A stretch of DNA of 44,532 nt from an uncultured Methanospirillum sp. (GCA_964386835.1 CAYLUL010000001.1:1-44532), one strand, 5' to 3'; positions 17,786 to 27,369 are shown, counted from the stretch's first letter. Translations and numbers: made by a program. Notes: a model not told the origin generated them from the sequence alone.

Positions 17786-18271
17786 ATGTTTCTCCGTCGC
17801 ATACTCGAGACAACCTTCCAGACCGCCCTTACCGAGGAGCTGGCGCGGCGCGACATGACAATACGGGAGCTCTCAAACCAGACAGGGATCCCCCTCCCGA
17901 CCCTCTACAAGATCTCGTCGGGGGAGCGCGACCCCCGCCTCTCGACCGTGAGGGGGATCGCCGAGGCGTTCGAGCCCCGCCAGCAGCGCTCGGTCGCGGT
18001 GATCGCGGCGCGATTCCTCCTCGACCCGGTCGCCGGCAAGGAGATCGAGGTCAGGGACCGACAATATCCGGTCAGGGGTTACGCGGCCAACTCGCTCGAG
18101 GAGTGCCTTGTCGCCGCTGTCCGCGCCGAGAAGGAGGGGGCGGTCGCGATCATCTGCGCCCCGGTGCTCGCCTCCATCGTCGAACGGATCGTTGACATCC
18201 CTGTCGTGATCCTGAAGCCCCGGCCCGAGACCCTGGAAGAGGCCCTCGAAGGCGTTCGCCGTCGGCTCTAG
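17786..18271 (+). CDS. HTH (XRE-like) transcriptional regulator with a C-terminal alpha/beta domain
   Basis: RRDMTIRELSNQTGIPLPTLYKISSGERDPRLSTVRGIAEAF is a helix-turn-helix. The ATG at 17786 was verified. Confidence 0.75.
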   Translation: MFLRRILETTFQTALTEELARRDMTIRELSNQTGIPLPTLYKISSGERDPRLSTVRGIAEAFEPRQQRSVAVIAARFLLDPVAGKEIEVRDRQYPVRGYAANSLEECLVAAVRAEKEGAVAIICAPVLASIVERIVDIPVVILKPRPETLEEALEGVRRRL

Positions 18272-18319
18272 ACGAGATCGCCGAGGGGACGGTGACGGCA
18301 CTTCATACCGAACGCGATG

Positions 18320-18589
18320 TCAGTCCTTCCAGTTCCACCAGCGGAGGAGGGAGGGGGCGGGGTGCGCGGTGTCGGCAAAATAGACCGCGCACCGAAACGC
18401 GTAGAGGACGCAGCGGTCGACGTGGCACCCGCGTCTTGCTTCGTGAGCCAGGTAGAGGGCCTCTGGATCGCACCCCCGGAGGTCGTCGACCGAGTGGAGC
18501 CCGAGGTCGAACAGGTCCCGAGCGAGCGAGGGGCCGATCCCGGGACAGCGCTGCAGGTCCCGGAGCGCGGCACGCTCATCCATGGACAT
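18320..18589 (-). CDS. Small helix-hairpin-helix protein (Cdd1/pathogenicity-locus-like, 89 aa)
   Basis: LQRCPGIGPSLARDLFDLGLHSVDDLRGCDPEALY...CHVDRCVLYAFRCAVY. This is the C-terminal part of track ORF 18320..19096. The start MSMDE at 18589 overlaps the upstream gene by 14 nt. Confidence 0.75.
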   Translation of the reverse strand: MSMDERAALRDLQRCPGIGPSLARDLFDLGLHSVDDLRGCDPEALYLAHEARRGCHVDRCVLYAFRCAVYFADTAHPAPSLLRWWNWKD

Positions 18590-19415
18590 ACCTCCGATAG
18601 AGCATGTCGAAGGCGGCGAGCTGCCCCTCGTAGAGCCCCCCACCGGCGTCCTTGTATTCCAGGCAGGTCGTGTTCTCCGGGTGCGCCCGGATCCAGGCAA
18701 AGACGTGTTCGAACGGCACCCCACCGCCCGGTGCGTCGAGCGGAGTGTGTCGGTCGAGAACCGACTTCGCTGGAGAGTTCGAGAGGTGGTGGAAGAGAAC
18801 GGGAAGGTCATCGAACGCGGCAAGCGCCACTGCGAACTCCCAACCGAAATAGTTCGAGGCGACGTAGAGGTGGGCGAGATCCAGGCAATAGCCCTGGACT
18901 CGCCCATGGCCGAGTGTCCGGAGTTCGTCGGCCGACACGCCGAAGAATCGCAGGTCGCGAGAGATGGCGGGCAGGTTCTCGAGAAGGAGGCGGGGGTCGG
19001 CCCATTCGTCAAAGTAGAGGGCCATTGCGGCGAGACCCTCGGCGGGAGTGGACTCGACCAGGCACCCTCCATGGATGATGATCCGGTCCGCGTCAAGGAG
19101 ATCGGCGACCTCGAGTGAGGCCATCATGCCGTCACGGAGCTGGGCCCGACCCTCCGCCGGGGAGAGACCGAAGGGAGCGGTCGGCTCCACAGGGTTGAAC
19201 CCGTCCTTGTGATGAGGGGCGTGGACGACAAACCGGGCCTCTAGCGCCGCATAGCCCTCGATAACCAGCCGGTCGTCGGGTGTCAGCGGACCACGGACAT
19301 AGACCTGGATTCCATCGAGCCGCCCGTCCTCAACAAGCCGGGAGAAGGCCGGGAGGGCCGCCTGGTCGTGGAGCTTTGTCGCACCGGCGATGCGGTAGGG
19401 GCGGGACGTGGACAT
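18576..19415 (-). CDS. Xylose-isomerase-like TIM-barrel protein (sugar phosphate isomerase/epimerase or AP-endonuclease-2 fold)
   Basis: FVVHAPH, IIIHGG, LLLENL and YCLDLAHL are the metal-ligand pattern of the AP_endonuc_2 TIM barrel. Confidence 0.85.
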   Translation of the reverse strand: MSTSRPYRIAGATKLHDQAALPAFSRLVEDGRLDGIQVYVRGPLTPDDRLVIEGYAALEARFVVHAPHHKDGFNPVEPTAPFGLSPAEGRAQLRDGMMASLEVADLLDADRIIIHGGCLVESTPAEGLAAMALYFDEWADPRLLLENLPAISRDLRFFGVSADELRTLGHGRVQGYCLDLAHLYVASNYFGWEFAVALAAFDDLPVLFHHLSNSPAKSVLDRHTPLDAPGGGVPFEHVFAWIRAHPENTTCLEYKDAGGGLYEGQLAAFDMLYRRYVHG

Positions 19416-19624
19416 GCTGGACCATGGGCGCCGATCGGTGATGAAACCCGGGTCCGGGGCAGCTTTCTGCGATACGGGCCGCGATGATGACTGGGAGAAC
19501 GATCCTGTCGAAAATCTCAGGCCCGCCGATCAGGACTGTCCCCGCCCCGAGGTTTGCACTCTTGCCGGAGGAGGAGGAGGGCGGGACAGGCAGGACGAAA
19601 GAGACAAGGGAGTCGGCCCCCCCC

Positions 19625-20230
19625 CTAATCCACCCGGTGCCCGAGGATCGCGAGGTGATCGCGGTGGTGCGGCACCAGGGAGCGGACCGAGTCGACCACA
19701 AACCCCCCCTCCTCGAGGAGACCGACGGCCTCGTTTCCGACCTCGTCGAGAGGACGGCTCTGGTCGATGGATCGGACCTTGAGCATCAGGGCAAGTCGAC
19801 CCCCCGGGGTGAGGAAAGGCCGGTTTCGGACCGCGATCGCCGCCTGGTTGGGCTGGGCGACGTCCTGGAAGAGGAGGTCGACCGGCTCGAGCAGGTGCGC
19901 ATACTGGCCGGGCCGGCCCGCATCTGCCAGGATCGGAATGATGTTCGAGCGCCGCCGCGCCACCGCGAGCAGGTCCTGCATCGGCCGCGGGGCGAATTCG
20001 ACGGCGTAGACCACCTCAGCGTAGTCGGCCACGTGTGAGACGGTGGTGCCGTTTGCCGCCCCGAGGTAGAGAACCCGGGTGCCCGGGGCGAGGTCGAACG
20101 TCGGGTCAAGATGCGCGAGGGCGGCGAACTTGGATCGGCGCGGATCCCAGACCCGGTAGCCCCCGCGCGTCCGCTCGCCGTACACGCCGCCCTCCCCAGG
20201 CGAGAGGAGAGTGCCGTCCCGCCAGATCAT
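19625..20230 (-). CDS. flpA: Fibrillarin-like rRNA/tRNA 2'-O-methyltransferase
   Basis: YRVWDPRRSKFAA, VLYLGAANGTTVSHVAD, VYAVEFAPR, IIPILADA and DVAQPNQ. The start overlaps the nop5 stop as ATGA. Confidence 0.95.
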   Translation of the reverse strand: MIWRDGTLLSPGEGGVYGERTRGGYRVWDPRRSKFAALAHLDPTFDLAPGTRVLYLGAANGTTVSHVADYAEVVYAVEFAPRPMQDLLAVARRRSNIIPILADAGRPGQYAHLLEPVDLLFQDVAQPNQAAIAVRNRPFLTPGGRLALMLKVRSIDQSRPLDEVGNEAVGLLEEGGFVVDSVRSLVPHHRDHLAILGHRVD

Positions 20231-21120
20231 TCGAGCACCCCGTCGATCCGGGCATTCGAGCCCTCAATGAAGACCGGATCGAGATCGCCCCGGTAGCGGT
20301 CGATCCTGGCCGCGATGGCAAGGCGGGACGCCAGCACGCGGGCCACCTTCCCCCGGACGGCGAGCGGGGCGTTGTGAACCCGCCGGTGCTGGAAGATGAG
20401 ACCGTGCTTCGGTGGCGGCGTCCCGGCCCGAATGTGGGAGAAGAGGGCGCTCTTCGCCCCGAGCACCTGGAGGCCCGAGGCGGGGAGGCGGGCGAGCGCG
20501 TCGAGCGATCCGGCCGCCGCCATCAGCCGCGCGGCGACGAGCCCCCCTACGAGCTCGGAGGAGTTCGGCATCACCCGGAATGCCACCCGGGTCACCTCGC
20601 GGGCGAGCTCGGACCGTGCTCCCCCGAGCGCCTCGACCTGGACGAGCACTGCCCGGAGCGGACCCCGGGCCCGGGGTGAGAGAACCTGGACGAGCCGCCG
20701 GGCGGGCATCGCCCGGAACTTGCGCGTGAACTTCGGGTCCTGGGTCGCGTACCATTCTACTGCCCGCTCGGTCAGGAGGTTGATCACCCCATCGAGCTCG
20801 TCAAGAGTTCGAACCATCTGGAGGAGCTCGAGATCGGGCCCGCGGAGGGCGTCAGCCACACGGTCGGCCGCGAGACGCATGGCGAGGGTGTGAAGCCGGG
20901 CCAGGTATGCAGCCCGATCGGGGACGGCACCACAGGCGACCGCCGCCTCCCAGGTACCCGGGACCGTCCCGTCCATCGGGCTTTCGAGCGAGGCGATCCG
21001 AAGAAGAGCCTCGCCGTCATCAGACGAGGCCGTGATCGCGGCCCCGCTCTCATCGACCTCCCCCCACCAGTACCGCGCCGTCACGGGTACGGATCGGGGG
21101 CCGGCCGGTAAAAAAGGCAC
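20227..21120 (-). CDS. nop5: Box C/D snoRNP protein Nop5 (Nop56/58 homologue)
   Basis: NOP domain GGLVAARLMAAAGSLDALARLPASGLQVLGA...ALF...PKHGLIFQH, upstream of flpA as is usual in archaea. The start may be the GTG at 21120 or the GTG at 21084. Confidence 0.9.
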   Translation of the reverse strand: MPFLPAGPRSVPVTARYWWGEVDESGAAITASSDDGEALLRIASLESPMDGTVPGTWEAAVACGAVPDRAAYLARLHTLAMRLAADRVADALRGPDLELLQMVRTLDELDGVINLLTERAVEWYATQDPKFTRKFRAMPARRLVQVLSPRARGPLRAVLVQVEALGGARSELAREVTRVAFRVMPNSSELVGGLVAARLMAAAGSLDALARLPASGLQVLGAKSALFSHIRAGTPPPKHGLIFQHRRVHNAPLAVRGKVARVLASRLAIAARIDRYRGDLDPVFIEGSNARIDGVLE

Positions 21121-21123
21121 CGC

Positions 21124-22341
21124 CTAGAACCCGGCGAAGCCGAAGGCCCAGGCCATCACCGGGAGCATGATCGCCCCCATCGCGTGGACCCGGCGGACGT
21201 TCACGAGCGATGGCACGGCACCAACCAGGGTGGCGAGGCAGAGGACGAAGAGCCCGAACGGCCCGGAGAGAAGAAGGGAGAGGAGGACGAGGAGCGCTGC
21301 CACTGCAAGGTTCAGGCGCCGGCCATCAATCCGGGCGAGGTGCCGGGCAGATCGGGAGAGCCGGACCGTCAGGAGAAAGCCGCCGATGGCGGCGGCAAGC
21401 CCAGCGGTCATCAGCACGGGCATCGAGGGGAGCTCGAGCCCTGCCATCGCCGCCAGCACGCCGTTTCGAGTCCGCCCAAGGGCGAAGAAGGCCGCGAGCC
21501 CGATGAACGCGTTCGCGGTGTTCGCCGCTGAGGTCGCCACGATGAAGCCGCGCCGGTCGCGATCGTACCCGACCACCGCGTCGAGGATACCGTTCGCAGT
21601 CGCGTTCGACAAACCGGGAAGCCACCCCACGAGAAGGCCGGCGAGCGTCCCCAGGAACGAATGGCGGGCAAGGACACCTGACGGGATCGAGATCCCGGAG
21701 AAGTGCTGGTCGGGCACCGTGCCGTGCGAAGCAGAGAGAAGGACCGGCAGGCCGAAGAGACCCGAGAGGAGGGGGAGAAAGATAGCTTCGCCGCCGAGAG
21801 TGTGCCAGGTGAGGAAGCCATACCGGAGCGCGAAGAGACCGAGAGCGCCCGAGACCGCGAAGATGCCGAAGGCCCATCCCGGGGAGTCGGAGGAGAGGAC
21901 CAGGTAGCCCGCCACCGCCACCAGGACGATCCCGATCCCCCAGTCAAGTGCCGGCTGGAGGGGAGGAAGGATGAGGACGCAGGCGAGCGAAAGCGGCACC
22001 GCAAAGCCCATCGAGAGGGCCGATCCAAGGGCTGAACACCGCACCGCCTCCTCGCCGCGCCCCTCGAGGCAGAGGGCGTGGGCTGGCAGGACAGCGAGCG
22101 CGGTGTCGGGCTCCGGCACCCCAAGAAAGGTCGAGGGGATGTTATCAAGGAAGGAGTGGGTGATCAGGGCCGCGAACATCGCCGCAGCGAGGCCCTCCTC
22201 CCCGAGCAGGGCGCCGAGCCCGGCCCCGGCGGCCAGCAGGGCGGAGGCGAGCGTGTTTGCGTGGATCCCGGGGGCAAGGCCAGAGAGGGCGCCGAGGACG
22301 ACGCCGAGCAGGGTCCCGGCCACCAGCCCGAGCATACTCAT
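21124..22341 (-). CDS. TctA-family (DUF112) integral membrane protein
   Basis: GLAPGIHANT, ITHSFLDNIPSTFLGVPEPDTA, and more than 10 hydrophobic helices. The start is ambiguous (ATG at 22362, 22341 or 22335). Confidence 0.85.
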   Translation of the reverse strand: MSMLGLVAGTLLGVVLGALSGLAPGIHANTLASALLAAGAGLGALLGEEGLAAAMFAALITHSFLDNIPSTFLGVPEPDTALAVLPAHALCLEGRGEEAVRCSALGSALSMGFAVPLSLACVLILPPLQPALDWGIGIVLVAVAGYLVLSSDSPGWAFGIFAVSGALGLFALRYGFLTWHTLGGEAIFLPLLSGLFGLPVLLSASHGTVPDQHFSGISIPSGVLARHSFLGTLAGLLVGWLPGLSNATANGILDAVVGYDRDRRGFIVATSAANTANAFIGLAAFFALGRTRNGVLAAMAGLELPSMPVLMTAGLAAAIGGFLLTVRLSRSARHLARIDGRRLNLAVAALLVLLSLLLSGPFGLFVLCLATLVGAVPSLVNVRRVHAMGAIMLPVMAWAFGFAGF

Positions 22342-22409
22342 TCGGTGGGAACACCAGACCATAAGGGGATCGATATCGTTTAGTTCGGGCGCGCCGACGA
22401 CTCTGGCGG

Positions 22410-23087
22410 ATGAGAATCGCCATCACCAGGCTGCCGGACAAGGGTGGGGACGACGCAGAACGGTGCGCCCGGTTCGGCCATGCCTGTTACCCTGTCTCGC
22501 CCCTCAGGGCCGAGGTCTACCCCGATGCACAGGATGCCTTCGTTGTTGCATTGGAGGATGGACGGTTTGACGGCCTCTTCTTCACCTCCGCCCTGCCGGC
22601 GGAACTGGTCGGGCCAGCACTGACTCGTTCGGGGCACCGGCCCCGTATTATCGCGATCGGACCGGCGACACGGGCGGCACTCGTCCGCCACGGGGTCGAC
22701 GCCGAGGTTCTTCCGAGTTTCTACTCCCGGGACTTCGCCCCGCACCTGGGCTCGTGGCTCCAGGGGCGGACGATCGGGATCCCTCGCGCAGACGTGCCGA
22801 ACGAGGCCCTCCTGGAGGCGATCCGGGCGAAGGGGGGCAACCCCGCCGAGTTCCGAATCTATGGCCTTATCCGGACCGGCGAACCTCTTGACCTCGCCAG
22901 GGCCGATGCGGTCCTCTTCACCTCGGCCAACTCGTTCTCTGAAGCGGTCTGGACACCCCGACCGGACCTGCTGGTCTGTGCGATCGGGGAGGTGACCGCA
23001 GAGCGGATGCGCGATGCCGGGATCGAGCCCTATGCTGTCGGCGACGGATCGCTTGAAGGTGCACTCCGGGCGATCGAGGCACGATGA
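22410..23087 (+). CDS. hemD: Uroporphyrinogen-III synthase
   Basis: MRIAITR..., FTSALPAE, IIAIGPATRAAL, VLFTSANSF and VCAIGEVTA give the HemD two-lobe pattern. Confidence 0.8.
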   Translation: MRIAITRLPDKGGDDAERCARFGHACYPVSPLRAEVYPDAQDAFVVALEDGRFDGLFFTSALPAELVGPALTRSGHRPRIIAIGPATRAALVRHGVDAEVLPSFYSRDFAPHLGSWLQGRTIGIPRADVPNEALLEAIRAKGGNPAEFRIYGLIRTGEPLDLARADAVLFTSANSFSEAVWTPRPDLLVCAIGEVTAERMRDAGIEPYAVGDGSLEGALRAIEAR

Positions 23088-23974
23088 GCGAGAGCCTCTT
23101 CCCTGGACCAGGGATCGTCGTTGTCGACAAGCCGCGCGGCCCCTCGAGCCATCAGGTGGCCGCATGGGTCGGAGAGATCCTGGGTGCCGAGGTCGGTCAC
23201 GCGGGCACGCTCGACCCGCAGGTTTCGGGGGTGCTTGTGGTGATGCTCGGCCGGGCTGTGCGCCTCGCTCGCCTGCTGCTCAGGCACGACAAAGAGTATG
23301 TCTGCGTCCTCCGCCTCCATGGTGACGTGGAGGAGGCGCGGATCCGGGAGGTCGCAGAGGGATTCGTCGGCCGGCTCTACCAGCGCCCCCCACGCCGATC
23401 GGCCGTGAAGCGACAACTCCGGATCAGGCGCGTCCACGCCCTCGAGGTGATCGAAGTGAAGGGGCGCCTGGTGCTCTTTCGGGTCCAGTGTGACGCTGGA
23501 ACCTACATTCGATCGCTCTGCCACCATCTCGGCCTGGTGATCGGGTGCGGCGGGCAGATGGTTGAACTCCGCCGGACCCGATCGGGTGCCTTCAACGAGG
23601 AGCAGGCCGTCTCTCTTCATACCCTCAAGGATGCGGCAGTCCGGGCAACGGACGGTGACCTGTACGCGCTTGAGTCCGTGGTCCTGCCCGTAGAGGCAGC
23701 GGTCCCGGACCTGAAAGTGATCGTGATCGGGGACCGGGCGGTCGACGCAGTCTGCCACGGTGCGGCGCTCGCCGGGGTCGGGATTCTGGAACTTCCGGCG
23801 TTCCGCGCCGGAGAGACCGTTGCACTCGTGACGGGGAGAGGAGAACTCGTCGCACTAGCCCGAACACTCGTCGAGAGCTCCGCAACGGCCCCGGGCCGGA
23901 CCGGGCTCGTCGCCGCACCCGAGACCGTCTTCATGGCACCTGGGACGTATACCAGAGGGTGGACCTCGAAATAA
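23084..23974 (+). CDS. cbf5: tRNA/rRNA pseudouridine synthase Cbf5 (TruB family with a C-terminal PUA domain)
   Basis: VVVDKPRGPSSHQV, GHAGTLDPQVSGVL (catalytic Asp), KEYVCVLRLH, YQRPPRRSAVKR, AGTYIRSLC and ELRRTRSG. The start overlaps the hemD stop as ATGA. Confidence 0.93.
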   Translation: MSESLFPGPGIVVVDKPRGPSSHQVAAWVGEILGAEVGHAGTLDPQVSGVLVVMLGRAVRLARLLLRHDKEYVCVLRLHGDVEEARIREVAEGFVGRLYQRPPRRSAVKRQLRIRRVHALEVIEVKGRLVLFRVQCDAGTYIRSLCHHLGLVIGCGGQMVELRRTRSGAFNEEQAVSLHTLKDAAVRATDGDLYALESVVLPVEAAVPDLKVIVIGDRAVDAVCHGAALAGVGILELPAFRAGETVALVTGRGELVALARTLVESSATAPGRTGLVAAPETVFMAPGTYTRGWTSK

Positions 23975-24031
23975 GGCGCATAGTGACTTAATTCTGTTCG
24001 GATAGATTTCTCACCCAATTTCCTCATAGCA

Positions 24032-24043
24032 ATATTTTTAATA
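24032..24043 (+). promoter_or_regulatory. Candidate TATA box for the C1-peptidase gene
   Basis: ATATTTTTAATA lies in the AT-rich spacer. SD GGAGGTGA is at 24059-24066 and the ATG at 24080. Confidence 0.4.
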
Positions 24044-24079
24044 CTCAGAGTGAGATAAGGAGGTGAGGTGTGCAAGGCA

Positions 24080-25711
24080 ATGCGTAACCAGACCTGGCTG
24101 ATCACAACCGTGGCCCTCCTGCTCCTCTTCTCCGGTGTTCCAATCACCGCCTCCGCCGGGGAGCTCTCGCACCCGATCATCCGTGGTGGCGATGCCGAAC
24201 TCCAAGCCTGGATCGCACAGTACGAGTCGGCGCCGACCGTCCCGGTCGACCTCTCGCGTCAGCGGGCGGTAGCTGGGGCCACCGGCGCGAAGAGCCTGCT
24301 TCACCTTGTCCCCTACACCACCCAGGAGAGGAACCAGGGGGCCGCCGCGAACTGCTGGGTCTGGGCAGGGAACGGCATCCTGGAGACGGCTCACGCAGCC
24401 CGGGACGGCGTCCGGGACCGCCTCTCGGTCCAGTGGGTCGATTCCACCTATAACGGCGGGAGCGGACCGTCCTGGGCCGGGAACGGCGGATCTCTGGGCG
24501 AATTCGTTCGGTTCTACAACACCGAGCGGATCGCGGTCCCCTGGTCGAACCCGAACGCCTCGTACCAGGACGGACGGACCTGGTGCCGTGACAACCAGCG
24601 CGCCTGGGTACCGGCCGGTTCAATCGCAACAGAGCCGCACTACGACCTGGAGACGATCGTCCAGCAGCGGATCGTGACGCGTGGCGTCGGCGATGCGGCC
24701 GCCCGGGCAAATATCAAGACCGTCCTCGACAGCAACCGTGCAATCTATCTCTCCGTGCGGCTGCCGGACAGCGAGGCCTGGTCCGCATTCGACACGTTCT
24801 GGAACAGCCAGCCCGAGACGTCGATCTTCAATATTACGTCCTACAACGGACGCCCCTGGTCAACAACGGCGGGAGCACACGCTGTGATGGTGGTCGGGTA
24901 CAACGACACGGACCCGGCAAACGCATACTGGATCGTCCTGAACTCGTGGGGAGACGGGAACGGCCACCGGCCACAGGGGACGTACCGCCTCTCGATGAAC
25001 ATGCCCTACGATGGTTCGTACCAGGGGTCGTTCTCAGTCCCCTCGACCGAATGGCAGACGCTGGCTGTGGAGTTCGACTCGATGGCCCCTGCAGAGACAC
25101 CAACTCCCACAGCGACGCCCACCCCAATTGTCACCCCCGTGACACCGGGATTCGACGGAGCTTGGGAGACCGAGTCGGGCCTGATGGTCCTCGAGGTCGC
25201 TGGCACGACGGTGACGGGCAGGTACGAGATCGAGGAGGGAAAGATCACGGGAACGCTCTCTCCTGACGGGCGCACGCTGACTGGGACCTGGTCTGATGCT
25301 CCGAGCCACGCCCCGCCCTATGATCAGGGAACCCTCGTCCTGGTTCTCTCGGAGAACGGTACCACGTTCGAGGGACACTCATTCTCGGCGGATATGCAGC
25401 GCCAGGCGATTCTCTCGGGACAGCGCATCGCGTCAACCCCCACCCCCACCCCAACCCCGAAAGTGACGGTGACCCCAACGACACCCACCGTTCTCGCGTT
25501 CCCGTCGTCCTCCTGCCTGCCAAGGGACATGAACAGGGATGGGAAGTACGAGGACGTGAACGGCAATGGCCGGACCGACTTCGCTGATGTCACCCTCCTC
25601 TTCAACAATCTCGACTGGTGCTGCGCCAACGAGCCTGCCTGCTGCTTCGACTTCAACGGGAACAGCCGGATGGACTTCGGTGACGTGGTTGCCCTCTACG
25701 AGGGGATCTAG
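24080..25711 (+). CDS. Secreted papain-like (C1 family) cysteine peptidase with TP linkers, a middle domain and a C-terminal dockerin-like module
   Basis: Signal peptide ...VPITASA. Catalytic Cys context QGAAANCWVWAG. His context AHAVMVVGYND. Asn-Ser-Trp in VLNSWG. Linkers TPTPTATPTP and TPTPTPTP. The track start GTG 24068 sits only 1 nt after the SD ends (24066), so ATG 24080 is preferred. Confidence 0.85.
   Translation: MRNQTWLITTVALLLLFSGVPITASAGELSHPIIRGGDAELQAWIAQYESAPTVPVDLSRQRAVAGATGAKSLLHLVPYTTQERNQGAAANCWVWAGNGILETAHAARDGVRDRLSVQWVDSTYNGGSGPSWAGNGGSLGEFVRFYNTERIAVPWSNPNASYQDGRTWCRDNQRAWVPAGSIATEPHYDLETIVQQRIVTRGVGDAAARANIKTVLDSNRAIYLSVRLPDSEAWSAFDTFWNSQPETSIFNITSYNGRPWSTTAGAHAVMVVGYNDTDPANAYWIVLNSWGDGNGHRPQGTYRLSMNMPYDGSYQGSFSVPSTEWQTLAVEFDSMAPAETPTPTATPTPIVTPVTPGFDGAWETESGLMVLEVAGTTVTGRYEIEEGKITGTLSPDGRTLTGTWSDAPSHAPPYDQGTLVLVLSENGTTFEGHSFSADMQRQAILSGQRIASTPTPTPTPKVTVTPTTPTVLAFPSSSCLPRDMNRDGKYEDVNGNGRTDFADVTLLFNNLDWCCANEPACCFDFNGNSRMDFGDVVALYEGI
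25523..25708 (+). repeat. Dockerin-like 62-aa module, copy 1 (Cys-rich variant)
   Basis: RDMNRDGKYEDVNGNGRTDFADVTLLFNNLDWCCANEPACCFDFNGNSRMDFGDVVALYEGI contains two DxNxNxxxDxxD Ca-loop/helix segments. Confidence 0.8.
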
Positions 25712-25767
25712 GGTGAAGGCATAGGCTTAATTGCCTGTCCCGACAACCTGATCCCCTGTTCTATTCT

Positions 25768-25852
25768 GCTGAGGTAGTCTAGACCGGTAGGGCGCAGGCC
25801 TGGAAAGCCTGTGGGGCTTTGCCCCTCGGGAGTTCAAATCTCCCCCTCAGCG
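25768..25852 (+). tRNA. tRNA-Ser (anticodon GGA)
   Basis: Hand-folded cloverleaf. Acceptor GCUGAGG/CCUCAGC, D stem GUCU/GGGC, anticodon stem CAGGC/GCCUG with loop CUGGAAA. Long variable arm GGGGC-UUU-GCCCC. T arm GGGAG-UUCAAAU-CUCCC. Discriminator G. No encoded CCA. Confidence 0.95.
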
Positions 25853-25869
25853 TCTCGAGGCAACGGCCC

Positions 25870-27054
25870 ATGACCATTGGGACCGATTCTCGGTCGTCCC
25901 GGATTTTTCTCCTACTCTCCCTCGCAGGAGGGGCTGCGATCTTCTCCTCGACGATCGCCAAGAACCCGGTCCTTCCGCTGCTGGCCACCAGCCTTGGTGC
26001 TGGACCAGGAGAGATCGGTCTGATTGCGGCGGCCTCGACCGTGACCGGGATCGCGACAAGCCTTGCGGCTGGCCGACTCTCCGACCGATTTGGCCGACGA
26101 CCATTGCTCCTCCTCGCGGGCGTTGTCTTTGTCACCGCCCCGCTCCTGTATCTCGTCATCGAAAATCCCTTTGAGCTTGCCCTCGTCCGGGCCTATCACG
26201 GGCTCGCCACCGCAGTCTTCGGGCCGGTCGCCGCCGCTCTCATCACCGACCTCACCCCCGTGCGGCGGGGGGAGCGGCTCGGTTTGTTCTCATCAGCCCA
26301 GCTCACCGGCCGGGCCCTGGCCCCGGCGGTCGGTGGCGCCCTGATCGTGGCCGGGCCGTGGGAGTGGGTCTTCTTCACCTCGGCGCTCTCCGGCCTTGCC
26401 GCCCTCGCCGGGACATGGCCCCTTCCCGAGCCGGGGTCGAAGGCGAACGAAACATCCAGTCGGAAGGAAACGAGGACAGGCCAGCCCGCATCGCCGGCGA
26501 TCCTGGCGACATCGATCGCAGAGGCAGGCCAGTTCTTCGCCTTCGGAGCGATCGAGACGTTTCTGCCGCTGTACGCCATCTCCCTCGGGATCTCCCCTAC
26601 CCTGATTGGCCTCCTCTTCGTCGCGCAGGTTGCTGCCCGGACCGTCTCCCGGCCCATCCTCGGACGACTTTCCGACGAACGAGGACGCCGTGGCCCCATC
26701 ATTGCCGGCCTCGCCATATCGGGCCTTTCCACCGCCCTCCTGCCGTTCACGGACGCTTGGATCGGCCTGCTCCTCCTCTCGGTGCTCTTCGGCCTGGGAC
26801 TCTCGATCTCGCAGGCCGCGACGCAGGCCCTTGTTGCTGAACTCGCTCCTCCTGGGGACAGGGGGGCCGCTCTGGGCCTTATGGCAACGATCATGGATAT
26901 CGGCCAGGCAGCCGGGCCGATAGTGACGGGCCTCTTGATCGGATTCAGTTCGTATTCAGCAGGATTTCTTAGCGCTGCCGCTGTGCTACTCGCCGCCGCC
27001 CTGCTCTTTGGGAGCGTCCTTGGGAGAGATTTTGGCATTGATGACCATAAATGA
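25870..27054 (+). CDS. MFS transporter
   Basis: About 12 hydrophobic helices. Loop motif GRLSDRFGRRPLLL and its second-half repeat GRLSDERGRRGPII. The ATG at 25870 was verified. The track start at 25819 lies inside the tRNA. Confidence 0.9.
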   Translation: MTIGTDSRSSRIFLLLSLAGGAAIFSSTIAKNPVLPLLATSLGAGPGEIGLIAAASTVTGIATSLAAGRLSDRFGRRPLLLLAGVVFVTAPLLYLVIENPFELALVRAYHGLATAVFGPVAAALITDLTPVRRGERLGLFSSAQLTGRALAPAVGGALIVAGPWEWVFFTSALSGLAALAGTWPLPEPGSKANETSSRKETRTGQPASPAILATSIAEAGQFFAFGAIETFLPLYAISLGISPTLIGLLFVAQVAARTVSRPILGRLSDERGRRGPIIAGLAISGLSTALLPFTDAWIGLLLLSVLFGLGLSISQAATQALVAELAPPGDRGAALGLMATIMDIGQAAGPIVTGLLIGFSSYSAGFLSAAAVLLAAALLFGSVLGRDFGIDDHK

Positions 27055-27369
27055 TGAACAGAGTCGCACGGCAAACTCTCATCTGCCAGCACCACTGAAA
27101 GGGGTACTGTTCCCGCGGGCACCGCATCACTGTCCCTGTGGATGGACGCACAATCCGGGCCGCACTCGCGTTCGCGTCCGTCCATTCGCCCCGGGTTCGT
27201 TGTTTTCGTGTCTCTGGTTTACGAGGCAATCAGGTTCGATTGTCGTCAGCCGCTGCCCCCCGTATCATGATTCCGGTCAACTTCCCGTTCGTGCCCGAAG
27301 ACACGGTAGGCCAATTTCGCACACGAAAGAATTCGGCACGGTTATCCCCGCCCCCCGCCACCTTCACCC

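Noticed and set aside
19416-19624. 209-nt gap between flpA and the TIM-barrel gene, with a protein-like reading (…GKSANLGAGTVLIGGPEIFDRIVLPVIIAARIAE…)
   Set aside because: That frame has no ATG, GTG or TTG start before it merges with the downstream gene region. No family was recognised. It may be a remnant or a 5' UTR, but it is not supportable as a gene.
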